Shown here piece by piece: positions 1 through 8,268 of a stretch of DNA of 64,000 bases (position 1 is its first letter; each line of letters begins with the position of its first letter). This DNA comes from Nitrospirota bacterium (GTDB taxonomy: Bacteria; Nitrospirota; Nitrospiria; Nitrospirales; Nitrospiraceae): positions 928,001 through 992,000 of the forward strand of contig CAVPBK010000006.1 in the NCBI GenBank assembly GCA_963701855.1, read 5' to 3'. Made by a program: the position numbers and the translations under genes. A model generated the notes under the pieces. The model was not told where the DNA came from. It saw only the letters and a program-made list of their open reading frames with translations, and did not search any database.

Positions 1-948
1 GCCACGCACAGCTTTTCCAACCAGCGACGTCACTGCAGCTTCAGCACGCAAGGCATCGCGGGCTACTCGGGCCAAATCCTCAAGAGGGATTGGAGGATGA
101 TTAGCATCGAATTCAGGGTAAGGCGACTCCTGGGGGTTCGATCCCACTCGTAATGCGGTCGCACCGTGGACGGCCGGTACTCGAAAGGCCGTGTCGAATA
201 AGGCCTCCAGGAAGATGCGCGCCAGATCGGCGCTGACACGTTGCGAGTCGACTGTGGTGGCCGACATACGGACTGAATTGGCAGGGCTCACTTCAATTTC
301 CGCCGAGATCCCTGGAAACAGCAAGGCGTTGCCGCTTCGATCAACGAACCCTTTCGATGTCACTTTGACGACTCCGAGGAAGTCACCTCCTGATGACGCT
401 GGTCTTGCCGCGAAACTGAGATCGCCGAAATAGGCTTTGTTGTATGCCAAAAGCATCCGAGCGAAGCGAGAGGAATCCTGTTCGAGTTGATCCTCATCCA
501 GACCGAGATTCCCATGCCATCGTCCGATCGTTTCGATGACCTGTGTGAGTTTGTCCAAATCGATGCGCGCAGTCGCGTCATTGGTCACGTCATCGAGGAC
601 CTTGGCGAGGAGGGCGATGGAAGTTTCCTTGTCGTGATGGCGTCGGCGAATCGTGTCGATGACGGCTGCCAGGGGAAGGACGCTTGTTGCTTGCCCCTCT
701 GGTGTTTGTAGGGACAGGGGTTCCGATGCGGTTCCGGCATCGCGGCGCTCGTTCAATGGTTCGTCGTGGGCTTGCTTGGTGCAAGCGAGAAACTTCGTTG
801 CGAGCTCCTTCTTGTCGGCCAACTTTTGGCGGAACCCTCCGTGATAGATATCTGGTTGATCGCGTAGTTGCAAGACTGAAGAACTACAGCCTGCTTGCAC
901 GAGAAATATGACCAGCAGGACAAATAGGGAATGTGGTAATCGCTTCAT
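1..948 (-). CDS. Hypothetical lipoprotein, 3' end outside the window
   Basis: Not in the ORF track. ATG at 948 with GAGG upstream. Reads MKRLPHSLFVLLVIFLVQAGCSSS (signal peptide + lipobox-like QAGC) and stays open for 316 codons to base 1. Confidence 0.75.
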   Translation of the reverse strand, partial: MKRLPHSLFVLLVIFLVQAGCSSSVLQLRDQPDIYHGGFRQKLADKKELATKFLACTKQAHDEPLNERRDAGTASEPLSLQTPEGQATSVLPLAAVIDTIRRRHHDKETSIALLAKVLDDVTNDATARIDLDKLTQVIETIGRWHGNLGLDEDQLEQDSSRFARMLLAYNKAYFGDLSFAARPASSGGDFLGVVKVTSKGFVDRSGNALLFPGISAEIEVSPANSVRMSATTVDSQRVSADLARIFLEALFDTAFRVPAVHGATALRVGSNPQESPYPEFDANHPPIPLEDLARVARDALRAEAAVTSLVGKAVRG

Positions 949-1042
949 CGTTGCCTCGTGGAGGTAGATAGGCTGAAGGCTATTAGGGGGCAGAAACCAA
1001 CTTCAGCTTTCAGCCTGAACACCTGGGCATTGGCACATTGGG

Positions 1043-1606
1043 TCAATGCTTGCGTTCTTTCTGCATGATCTTGTCGGTCCAGGCCAACAGGATGGCGGAC
1101 CCCAGGAAGGTCATGTGAATAAAGATCTTCCACTTGATGTGTTCGGGGTCTTCGTGTTCGATATCGACGAACGCTTTGAGAAGATGAATGCTGGAAATAC
1201 CGATCAATGAGGCTGCAAGTTTAATCTTGATGGTGCCGGGATCGATGTGCGTCAGCCATTCCGGTCGATCGGCATGCCCCTCTAAATCCAATTTGCTCAC
1301 GAAGGTAGCGTAGCCACCGATGATCACCATCGTGAGCAAGTTCGCCACCATCGTGACGTCAATCAGCCCCAGGACGCCAAGCATGAAGACGGTTTCATGT
1401 TGTTGATTGATGTGCCAAACCATCTCCCACAGTTCGACGAGAAATTTGTACGCGTACAGCAGCTCGGCCACGATCAAGCCGCCATAGAGCGGAGCTTGAA
1501 TCCACCGACTGGCGAACACGACGGTTTCAAACAGGTGCTCAACGCGGTTAATGGGAGCGTGTGCGTGCTTCACTGGGGCGGGTTCTGAATGATCAGGATG
1601 ACTCAC
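1043..1606 (-). CDS. YqhA / UPF0114 family membrane protein
   Basis: SRWIQAPLYGGL, LGLIDVTMVANLLTMVIIGGY and KIKLAASLIGISSIHLLKAF motifs. Confidence 0.85.
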   Translation of the reverse strand: MSHPDHSEPAPVKHAHAPINRVEHLFETVVFASRWIQAPLYGGLIVAELLYAYKFLVELWEMVWHINQQHETVFMLGVLGLIDVTMVANLLTMVIIGGYATFVSKLDLEGHADRPEWLTHIDPGTIKIKLAASLIGISSIHLLKAFVDIEHEDPEHIKWKIFIHMTFLGSAILLAWTDKIMQKERKH

Positions 1607-1778
1607 GGCGCGCTATCCTAGTCGGCAAGAGTGGGAGCTGTCAATTTGAACAACCCTACAAGGCTGAGCAATCATCGTATGATCTTCTCTGGCATTTTCA
1701 GAAAAGGAAGCGGTCCGGCAAGCCGCTGCATCCATCGACAAGTTATTTGTAGTCCTAGCAAGCTGCGGTAGAACGATC

Positions 1779-1974
1779 GCAGGATGCTCAAAATGGCCCG
1801 ACTTCTCACCCGTCCAATCCGGGCGCGCTGAGATGCGCCTTATCCCAAGCGCGGCTGCGGCGAGCAGGTAGGCTGAGGTCAAGGTTGAGTGAAGATTCGA
1901 TGTGCTCATCTGAGCCTCAATCCTTAGCCTGAATCTCAACCTTCTCCCCGCTGGCGGATTTTTTCAGCATCCTG
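1779..1974. mobile_element. MITE-like dispersed repeat, family A
   Basis: Ends GCAGGATGCTCAAAA ... TTTTCAGCATCCTG form an inverted repeat. The left end closely matches 12886 onward. No transposase. Confidence 0.6.
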
Positions 1975-1975
1975 A

Positions 1976-2164
1976 TAGGAGCCTGTCCGGCATTGCCTTC
2001 GTGATGAGACGAAGGAGGCTCGACCAGAGGCGCGAGGCCGCAAGCCCGGAAAAACCGGAGGCGGGCTCGCTGGAATACGTTGAGGATTGTCCCTGGTCGT
2101 GAACGACGCAGATGGTCACGGATCGTTCGCCGCAGTAGAACGGTCAATGTCTAATAGGCTCCTA
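1976..2164. mobile_element. MITE-like element, family B
   Basis: Imperfect terminal inverted repeats TAGGAGCCTGTCCGGCATTG / CAATGTCTAATAGGCTCCTA with TA at both ends. The right end contains the stop codon of the response regulator. Confidence 0.55.
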
Positions 2165-2821
2165 ATCAACCAAATGATGGTCGAAGGCGTAGCGAATCAG
2201 TTCGGCGGTGTTCCTGAGTTGTAACTTGTCCATGAGGCGGGCTCGATAGGTACTGACTGTCTTGATGCTGAGCGTGAGGGACTTTGCAATGTGCTTGACG
2301 GACTGGCCCTGGGCTAACAATCCAAGAACTTCGAGTTCTCGCTCAGATAATGTGTGATGGTCTGGACCGATCGGGGTCTTGTTCAGGCTGCCGGCCATAT
2401 ACTCTCCAAGGGAGGCGCTGACATACATTCGGCCGGTCAGGACTTGCCTAACCGCCCTTGTCAGCTCTTCTGGCGCAGTATGTTTGGTGAGATAGGCCAT
2501 AGCCCCGGCCCGGAAGGCACGAACGGCGTATTGCTCCTCGGGATGCAGGCTCAAAACCATAAGAGGCAGTTGTGGGGCTGTGCTGTGCAACTCACACAGC
2601 AGCGACAATCCACTCTGATCAGGAAGGCCGATATCCACGATGGCCAGATCCCAAGGCTCCTGCTGTACCGCCGCAACCCCCTTTTGGCTGGTTTCGGCCT
2701 CTCCAACTTCGACGTAAAGGAAACTCTCCTCAAGAATCTGTTTCACACCTCGGCGCACGACCTCGTGATCGTCGATGATAAGAATTTTTACCAGCTGTGT
2801 CCCGATCATGAGGCAACGCAC
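2162..2821 (-). CDS. NarL/FixJ-family response regulator (REC + LuxR-type HTH)
   Basis: IIDDHEVVRRG, DLAIVDIGLPD (phospho-Asp), C-terminal LSERELEVL...SIKTVSTYRARLMDKL. Confidence 0.93.
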   Translation of the reverse strand: MRCLMIGTQLVKILIIDDHEVVRRGVKQILEESFLYVEVGEAETSQKGVAAVQQEPWDLAIVDIGLPDQSGLSLLCELHSTAPQLPLMVLSLHPEEQYAVRAFRAGAMAYLTKHTAPEELTRAVRQVLTGRMYVSASLGEYMAGSLNKTPIGPDHHTLSERELEVLGLLAQGQSVKHIAKSLTLSIKTVSTYRARLMDKLQLRNTAELIRYAFDHHLVD

Positions 2822-4002
2822 CTCCCAACCGGCACGGATGCAATGGCCTTGGTTCCGGCACCGGACGTGCCTACAATATGAAAATGGCCGCCTAGGAGAG
2901 CAACTCGCTCCCGCATTCCACGAAGCCCAAAGGAATGAAGCGGAGCCATTCTCTCGCGGGTAATCCCCTTCCCGTTGTCAGTCACTTCTAGCGTCACCCT
3001 GGTGCCGTCTTGGTACAGCCGCATGTGAACCAGAGAGGCGGAGGCGTGACGCATCACATTCGTCAGCAATTCCTGCGCGATTCGAAACAGCGCGGTAGAC
3101 GTTTCGGATGGCAGCGCGATGGATGACAAGCCCGGAGCCACATCTATCGCGCACCGTGTGCCTGTGCAATCCTGATGCCTTGTGGCGAGGCATTCCAACG
3201 CAGAAACTAATCCGAGATCGTCCAGTATCGCGGGGCGCAGGGCCGCCGCTGTCGCGTGGACGGACTCCAAGAGTGCGTCCACCGATCCCGACATGGCTTG
3301 GACTTTGTTCAGCAGCGCCTGGCCACCGATTGGAGCAGGCGATTGCACGAGTCTCCTGCCGAACCATGCCAGATCGTATTTCAATCCGGTCAAGGCCTGT
3401 CCAAACTCGTCGTGCAACTCACGTGCAATTCTGCGTCGTTCCTCTTCTATGGCTCTCTGCGCCCGGCAAGCCTCGCTACGTAATTGAGCATGGGCCAGCC
3501 GGAGTTTCTCCTCTATCCGGATATCCGGGACGACGGCAGTCCCGATGGCCATAAGGCCGATCAGACTCCCGTGAGTCCCCAGCACCCGCCTGATATTCCA
3601 GGTGAGCATCGTCTGTGATCCCGTGCGTGCCAGGAAAGGGAACTTAAGTCCCTTCACGTCGCTCCCCTCGGCGACTCGGGTGAGTTCGGTCAGGAAGGAT
3701 TCACGCACCGTGATCGGAAGGCACAGTTCCACATAGCTGCGACCCAGGGCTTCGCCGGCTATCCAACCGGAGACTGTTTCGGCTGCGCGATTCCACTCCA
3801 GAATGATGGATTCGGGCGAGAGAAACAGGATTACACTGCTGGAGGTCTCCAAAAGTGCGCGATAGCAATGATCCATCAACTCCGCTGAGCGGGTGGCCGG
3901 CGCTGGAGCACGTATTGTCCCGGCCCTGTTGCTCCTTCGCACGCCTCGACTGGGAGCCTGAGACAATGAGGCCGTGACAAATTTCGAGCGTGAGTGTTTC
4001 AT
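2806..4002 (-). CDS. PAS-domain sensor histidine kinase (HisKA_3)
   Basis: PAS segment (WNRAAETVSGW), H-box ERRRIARELHDEFGQ, N-box QELLTNVMRHA, DNGKG, FGLRGMRER. No obvious transmembrane helix. Confidence 0.92.
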   Translation of the reverse strand: MKHSRSKFVTASLSQAPSRGVRRSNRAGTIRAPAPATRSAELMDHCYRALLETSSSVILFLSPESIILEWNRAAETVSGWIAGEALGRSYVELCLPITVRESFLTELTRVAEGSDVKGLKFPFLARTGSQTMLTWNIRRVLGTHGSLIGLMAIGTAVVPDIRIEEKLRLAHAQLRSEACRAQRAIEEERRRIARELHDEFGQALTGLKYDLAWFGRRLVQSPAPIGGQALLNKVQAMSGSVDALLESVHATAAALRPAILDDLGLVSALECLATRHQDCTGTRCAIDVAPGLSSIALPSETSTALFRIAQELLTNVMRHASASLVHMRLYQDGTRVTLEVTDNGKGITRERMAPLHSFGLRGMRERVALLGGHFHIVGTSGAGTKAIASVPVGRCVAS

Positions 4003-4874
4003 ATTGTCGTGAGTATCGGTTCAAGATAGATTTCAGCGGTGATGCAGGTACCTCGACCTACCTTGGATTGGATATCCAGACGACCACCGATCTTTCGAAC
4101 CCGTCCCTCCATATGCGTAAACACAATTCCCTTCGCCGGTTCGCGTTCGATGTCGAAGCCTGATCCGTCGTCGTTAATGCGCAGTTGGACTCGTGAGCCG
4201 ATGCGCCGAAGGACAATCTCAATTCGTGTGGCACGGGCGTAGCGGACACAATTGCTCAAAGCCTCTCTGGCGATCGTAACGAGTTCACGTGCTTCTTCGC
4301 CGGTCAGAATCTCCTCCGCCGCTGACTCGACCTCCACATGAATCTGTAATTTGCTCACCCGCTCAACGGTCTTGGCGAGGACCTGTAACTCGGTAATCAG
4401 CCTAAACGGATCCACACGGTCGGATTCCACACTCAGAATCATGCGTCGGATGTCTTGGATGAGCCGGTGGAGCTGGTCGGCAGCCTGATCTCTAAAGCAT
4501 GCCACAGCTAGTGGCGTCTTCTCGCGCAATCCAGGGGCTTGCTCAAGGGTCAACCCGATCGCATAGAGCGCTTGCAGCACAGATTCGTGCAATTCCCGCC
4601 CGATGCGGCTGCGATCGTGAAGCAAGGCGCTCAATCGTCGCTCGGATGCTGTGAGGGCCGTGGCAAGGCCTTGTTCAACCTCTTCATGCAGTGCGCAAGA
4701 AAGCGACTGATCATTTTCTCGGATAATCCCTGGGGCGAGAGCCGCACGCTGGTACCCCAGCTTGCCGGGAGATTGCCGAAGCCCGTCGATAATCCGGAAC
4801 CTTCGCCGATCTTTCATTGGAGTGCCCTTTCCAATCATGTAACGCGGAGTATCGTTTGGAATATTTTCTCTCAC
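3999..4874 (-). CDS. HisKA_3-type histidine kinase without an obvious sensor domain
   Basis: RSRIGRELHES H-box, REALSNCVRYA, DDGSGFD, GRGT. GAGG before the GTG start. Stop overlaps the next kinase. Confidence 0.8.
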   Translation of the reverse strand: MRENIPNDTPRYMIGKGTPMKDRRRFRIIDGLRQSPGKLGYQRAALAPGIIRENDQSLSCALHEEVEQGLATALTASERRLSALLHDRSRIGRELHESVLQALYAIGLTLEQAPGLREKTPLAVACFRDQAADQLHRLIQDIRRMILSVESDRVDPFRLITELQVLAKTVERVSKLQIHVEVESAAEEILTGEEARELVTIAREALSNCVRYARATRIEIVLRRIGSRVQLRINDDGSGFDIEREPAKGIVFTHMEGRVRKIGGRLDIQSKVGRGTCITAEIYLEPILTTI

Positions 4875-4916
4875 GGATTCCTCAGTTTCGGATCACACCA
4901 CTAGTACGCGACTATC

Positions 4917-4960
4917 ACGTATTCCGTCACCTGGCGGAAACGCCAGGTGACGGAATACGT
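4917..4960. promoter_or_regulatory. Perfect 20-bp-arm palindrome containing a lux-box-like core (4929-4948)
   Basis: ACGTATTCCGTCACCTGGCG-GAAA-CGCCAGGTGACGGAATACGT. The core ACCTGGCGGAAACGCCAGGT fits the lux-box frame ACCTG-N10-CAGGT and lies upstream of luxI. Confidence 0.7.
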
Positions 4961-5026
4961 AGATTATGAAAAACCAGTTGCCGTAGGAAATGGTGCGAAC
5001 TTCATGCTCTGGAAAGGAGACAGCCG

Positions 5027-5740
5027 ATGCGTCGAGTGAAAGATATCGAATTCAGCGAAAATGGCTTTATCGTGAAAACGTTGCACGGTGAGCAACTGGC
5101 CCAATCCTATCGCCTCCGGCATAAAGTGTTTGCCGAGTCACTGAAGTGGGTTCCTGAGACGGATGACAGACAGGAGATGGATCTATACGATTTGTGGGGG
5201 ACAACCGTTGGCCTGGTCAGAGACGATGGAGCAGTGGTCGGGTTGGCTCGACTTCTTCCCTCTTCTGGGCAATTCATGCTCGAAAAAGAGTTCGGTGCCT
5301 TGCTCCCAGCCGGCTACCAAGTCAGAAAAAATTCAGATACTGCGGAGATCACCAGGCTTGCGGTTGATCCTGAGATCCGAGACAGAGGACTCTCGTCCAA
5401 GATAATGCTTGCGCTACTGAAAGGCGTCTATCAATGGGCCGTTGAAAACGACATTCGGTACTACTACCTTGAGGTCGAACACCGATTCTTTCGAACACTT
5501 CGAGCTCTAGGGTTTCCTTGTGAAATGATAGGAGAGCCAGTGGTGCTTCCTCCAGCTGGAGCCAGTTCCGTGGCAGCGCTGTACGACATGGTTCGATTTG
5601 ACAAAGAAAACGCCATCAAAAAACCGCAGTTACTGAACTGGATGTCCTCAATTGAGACGCTACAGGGCGATATGATTGTGGGTCGGACTTCTGCCTATTC
5701 AAACTGCGAGCAGTTGGCGGTAGTGGGTGAGGCGGCGTGA
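5027..5740 (+). CDS. luxI: Acyl-homoserine-lactone synthase (LuxI family)
   Basis: YRLRHKVF..LKW, EMDLYD, ARLLP, FMLEKEF and EITRLAVD conserved residues. RBS AAGGAG. Confidence 0.9.
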   Translation: MRRVKDIEFSENGFIVKTLHGEQLAQSYRLRHKVFAESLKWVPETDDRQEMDLYDLWGTTVGLVRDDGAVVGLARLLPSSGQFMLEKEFGALLPAGYQVRKNSDTAEITRLAVDPEIRDRGLSSKIMLALLKGVYQWAVENDIRYYYLEVEHRFFRTLRALGFPCEMIGEPVVLPPAGASSVAALYDMVRFDKENAIKKPQLLNWMSSIETLQGDMIVGRTSAYSNCEQLAVVGEAA

Positions 5741-5815
5741 TGACGGCGATGTGAGCCTCGGTCCAGGAGAGGCCTGCGGTCCTTCCTGTGAGGAACTCAA
5801 GGAAGCCGACTCTGA

Positions 5816-6616
5816 CTACACGACATTAGGGAGGCCGTGTTGGATGGCGGTCGCAACCGCATGGGATCGCGAGGTGACGTCTAGCTTCGAGAAGATGCTT
5901 TCCACGTGGAACCGTACGGTTCGTTCCGTCACGCCTATGATTTTAGCGATCTCCCAGTTCGTCTTGCCGTTCTTCACCCAATTTAGGATGGTCATCTCAC
6001 GCAGCGTAAGCTCTCTGACGCAGGGAGCAACCGCTTGCGAACTCTTTGGGGCGGTGCGTAATAGAGCAAGATGGACGTGGTATCCAAAATACTCGACTAG
6101 CGGCACATAGCGTTTTGCATCGATCCGTTCGGCAGAGGCAAATGAGCAAAAGGTCCCGACTCCGCATGCGGGGTCGGCTGATCCTGTTGTGATCCCATCC
6201 CCTAGACCATACTCCTTCGCCGCTTCCATAAATTCGCGCTGCTTGTCCGAGTTTGCGACCTTGTAGGTGGCTTCCCAATGTTGAGTCCCTGGTTTCCCTA
6301 AGGCTGTCTGGAAGACCGGGTCGACTTCAAAGTACCCCTTCTGCCAATAGAGGCGGAGCCATTCTTCCGGATAGCTGACATTGAGTACATTGGTAAAGCC
6401 TTCAAACGCGCCCGTGCGACTGAGTTTTGCAAGTCCACCGATTACCCGGGTAAAAGGAAACAGAGTTTGAAACCGTGCAAGCACATCTTTCACATCTTCG
6501 GAGCTTTCTGATTGCGCCGCAAAATGCAAAACCTCGATAAACCTTTCACACTCCGTCTTGGTTAATCGAGTAAATAGGTCTTTGGGAAATGGACGTTTCT
6601 TCTGAACATGTGCCAT
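5816..6616 (-). CDS. luxR: AHL-binding LuxR-family regulator
   Basis: Autoinducer-domain residues in YPEEWLRLY...DPV...W...YGLGDG, plus HTH LTLREMTILNWVKNGKTNWEIA...TVRFH. Convergent with luxI. Confidence 0.92.
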   Translation of the reverse strand: MAHVQKKRPFPKDLFTRLTKTECERFIEVLHFAAQSESSEDVKDVLARFQTLFPFTRVIGGLAKLSRTGAFEGFTNVLNVSYPEEWLRLYWQKGYFEVDPVFQTALGKPGTQHWEATYKVANSDKQREFMEAAKEYGLGDGITTGSADPACGVGTFCSFASAERIDAKRYVPLVEYFGYHVHLALLRTAPKSSQAVAPCVRELTLREMTILNWVKNGKTNWEIAKIIGVTERTVRFHVESIFSKLDVTSRSHAVATAIQHGLPNVV

Positions 6617-6784
6617 AGAATGGACTTCCGACTTTGGATGAGTCTCTCTAAGGGTACCATATTAGAAGCAACGTTGCGATAGGGAGTTTTGGCCCTAACG
6701 AGATCGCTATAGATGGGGTATATCATCAAACGCCTTTTAGGAACCTGACTTCTGATGATACGTAATCTTAACCCTGTCGACTAA

Positions 6785-8149
6785 ATGACGATGCTCTATA
6801 AGGATTATGGCATGTGGAACCAAGGATACCTCTTGGCTCTAGGATTAATCTGTTTACTGTGTCCGTCGCTTGGATATGCGCAGGCACTTCGGTTCCAACC
6901 GCAAAGCGCCGCGGCAGCTGGGCAGGGGAATGCCTTTGTCGCACAAGCCGACGATGCCTCAGCTATTCACTACAACCCAGCCGGACTGAGCCAAGTGAAC
7001 GGAGTCCAAGTCGTCACCGGAACAACCCTGCTGGGGGGGTCCGTCAAGTTCACGAGCCCTACCGGGACAGACAGTCGAGGGGACTTTGGAGGAAGTATTG
7101 CGTCTCCCCCACCGAGCTATTCCTACGTGAGTGCGAACCTGGGATCTCTCGGATGGGATGCCCTGTCGAATGTGACGGTCGGTCTTGGCCTCAACTCTCC
7201 GTTCGGTTTGAACATCCGCTATCCGGTGGATGGCCCCTTCAATACCGCCGTCACCTCTGCAGCGCTTCCACTCATCGATATCAAGCCGACCGTGGCCTAC
7301 AAGTTTAATGATCAGTTGGCCATCGGAGTAAGCGCGGACATCTACACCTTCGCGAGTTTTCTTGGACAGGGGCATGCGGAACAGAAACAAATCTTGGGTG
7401 GCGCGTCCGCCGAATTCAACGGCAAAGGCACCGGGGCGGGCGCGACCTTCAGCCTGCTCTATACACCACTGAGAAACAACGATGGCAAACCGGTTGCCTC
7501 CGTCGGGCTGGTCTATCGCACCCAGGCTGTGGTGCCATTGAGTGGATCGTTCTTAGTCAACGGGGAGAAGGTTGCCGATGCCTCCACCAATCTCGTGCTG
7601 CCGCAGATCTATACAGGAGCCATTGCGATCTGGCCGGTTCGCACGAGTGAGCGGGAATGGAAATTGGAGCTCGACGTGGAATATGTCGGGTGGAAGTCGA
7701 ATCGTGATCTCGACATCCACCTCTCCCCCGGCGGGGTCTTCCCACAACCGCAACAATGGAAGACTGTGCCGGTCGTGGCGATCGGCACCGAATACAAATG
7801 GCTCGACCCCGGGTGGTTGCCTAATTGGGATTTGGCGGTGCGGTCGGGGTACACGCGAACTGAGGATCCCGTTCCTGATAGGACCTTCAACCCGGCGACG
7901 ATTTCTCTATCTTCCAACACGCTGTCAATTGGAGCCGGACTCTTGTGCAAAAGCCAGGGCCGGTTTCTGGGGCTGGTGCCTTGCGGAGGCGCATCTGCGC
8001 TCTGGCCGAAAGCGATTGGTTTCGATGTGGCGTTTCAAGAATGGTTCTACGAGTCGCGGACGGTTACCGGCAATCTCAACCCCACCGTTGACGGGACATA
8101 TCATGCCTATGTCCATTTGGGGACCTTCAGCTTCAAATTCATATTCTAG
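6785..8149 (+). CDS. FadL/OmpP1/TodX-family outer-membrane transporter
   Basis: Signal peptide, hatch motif GQGNAFVAQADDASAIHYNPAGL, alternating beta pattern, C-terminal F. Confidence 0.88.
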   Translation: MTMLYKDYGMWNQGYLLALGLICLLCPSLGYAQALRFQPQSAAAAGQGNAFVAQADDASAIHYNPAGLSQVNGVQVVTGTTLLGGSVKFTSPTGTDSRGDFGGSIASPPPSYSYVSANLGSLGWDALSNVTVGLGLNSPFGLNIRYPVDGPFNTAVTSAALPLIDIKPTVAYKFNDQLAIGVSADIYTFASFLGQGHAEQKQILGGASAEFNGKGTGAGATFSLLYTPLRNNDGKPVASVGLVYRTQAVVPLSGSFLVNGEKVADASTNLVLPQIYTGAIAIWPVRTSEREWKLELDVEYVGWKSNRDLDIHLSPGGVFPQPQQWKTVPVVAIGTEYKWLDPGWLPNWDLAVRSGYTRTEDPVPDRTFNPATISLSSNTLSIGAGLLCKSQGRFLGLVPCGGASALWPKAIGFDVAFQEWFYESRTVTGNLNPTVDGTYHAYVHLGTFSFKFIF

Positions 8150-8255
8150 CAGGATGCTGGAAAAGTCCGTCAGCCCGTCTTGTTTATTTGGTTGAGCCAG
8201 ACCAACGAAATAAACGAAACACGCCAGATAGACCAGATGAACCAGACCGACCTAG
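8146..8255. repeat. Family-A end followed by a 9-nt periodic hairpin array
   Basis: CTAGCAGGATGCTGGAAAAGTCCG then a TTTGG/CCAGA-type array. An inverted relative lies at 62025-62127. Confidence 0.6.
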
Positions 8256-8268
8256 CAGATGACTGCGT

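Noticed and set aside
6617..6784. Second lux box between luxR and the FadL-type gene
   Set aside because: Only half-site-like ACCTG/CCCTGT words, without dyad symmetry.
8146..8255. Periodic arrays as CRISPR repeats
   Set aside because: Units are 6-9 nt and degenerate, with no spacers and no cas genes.
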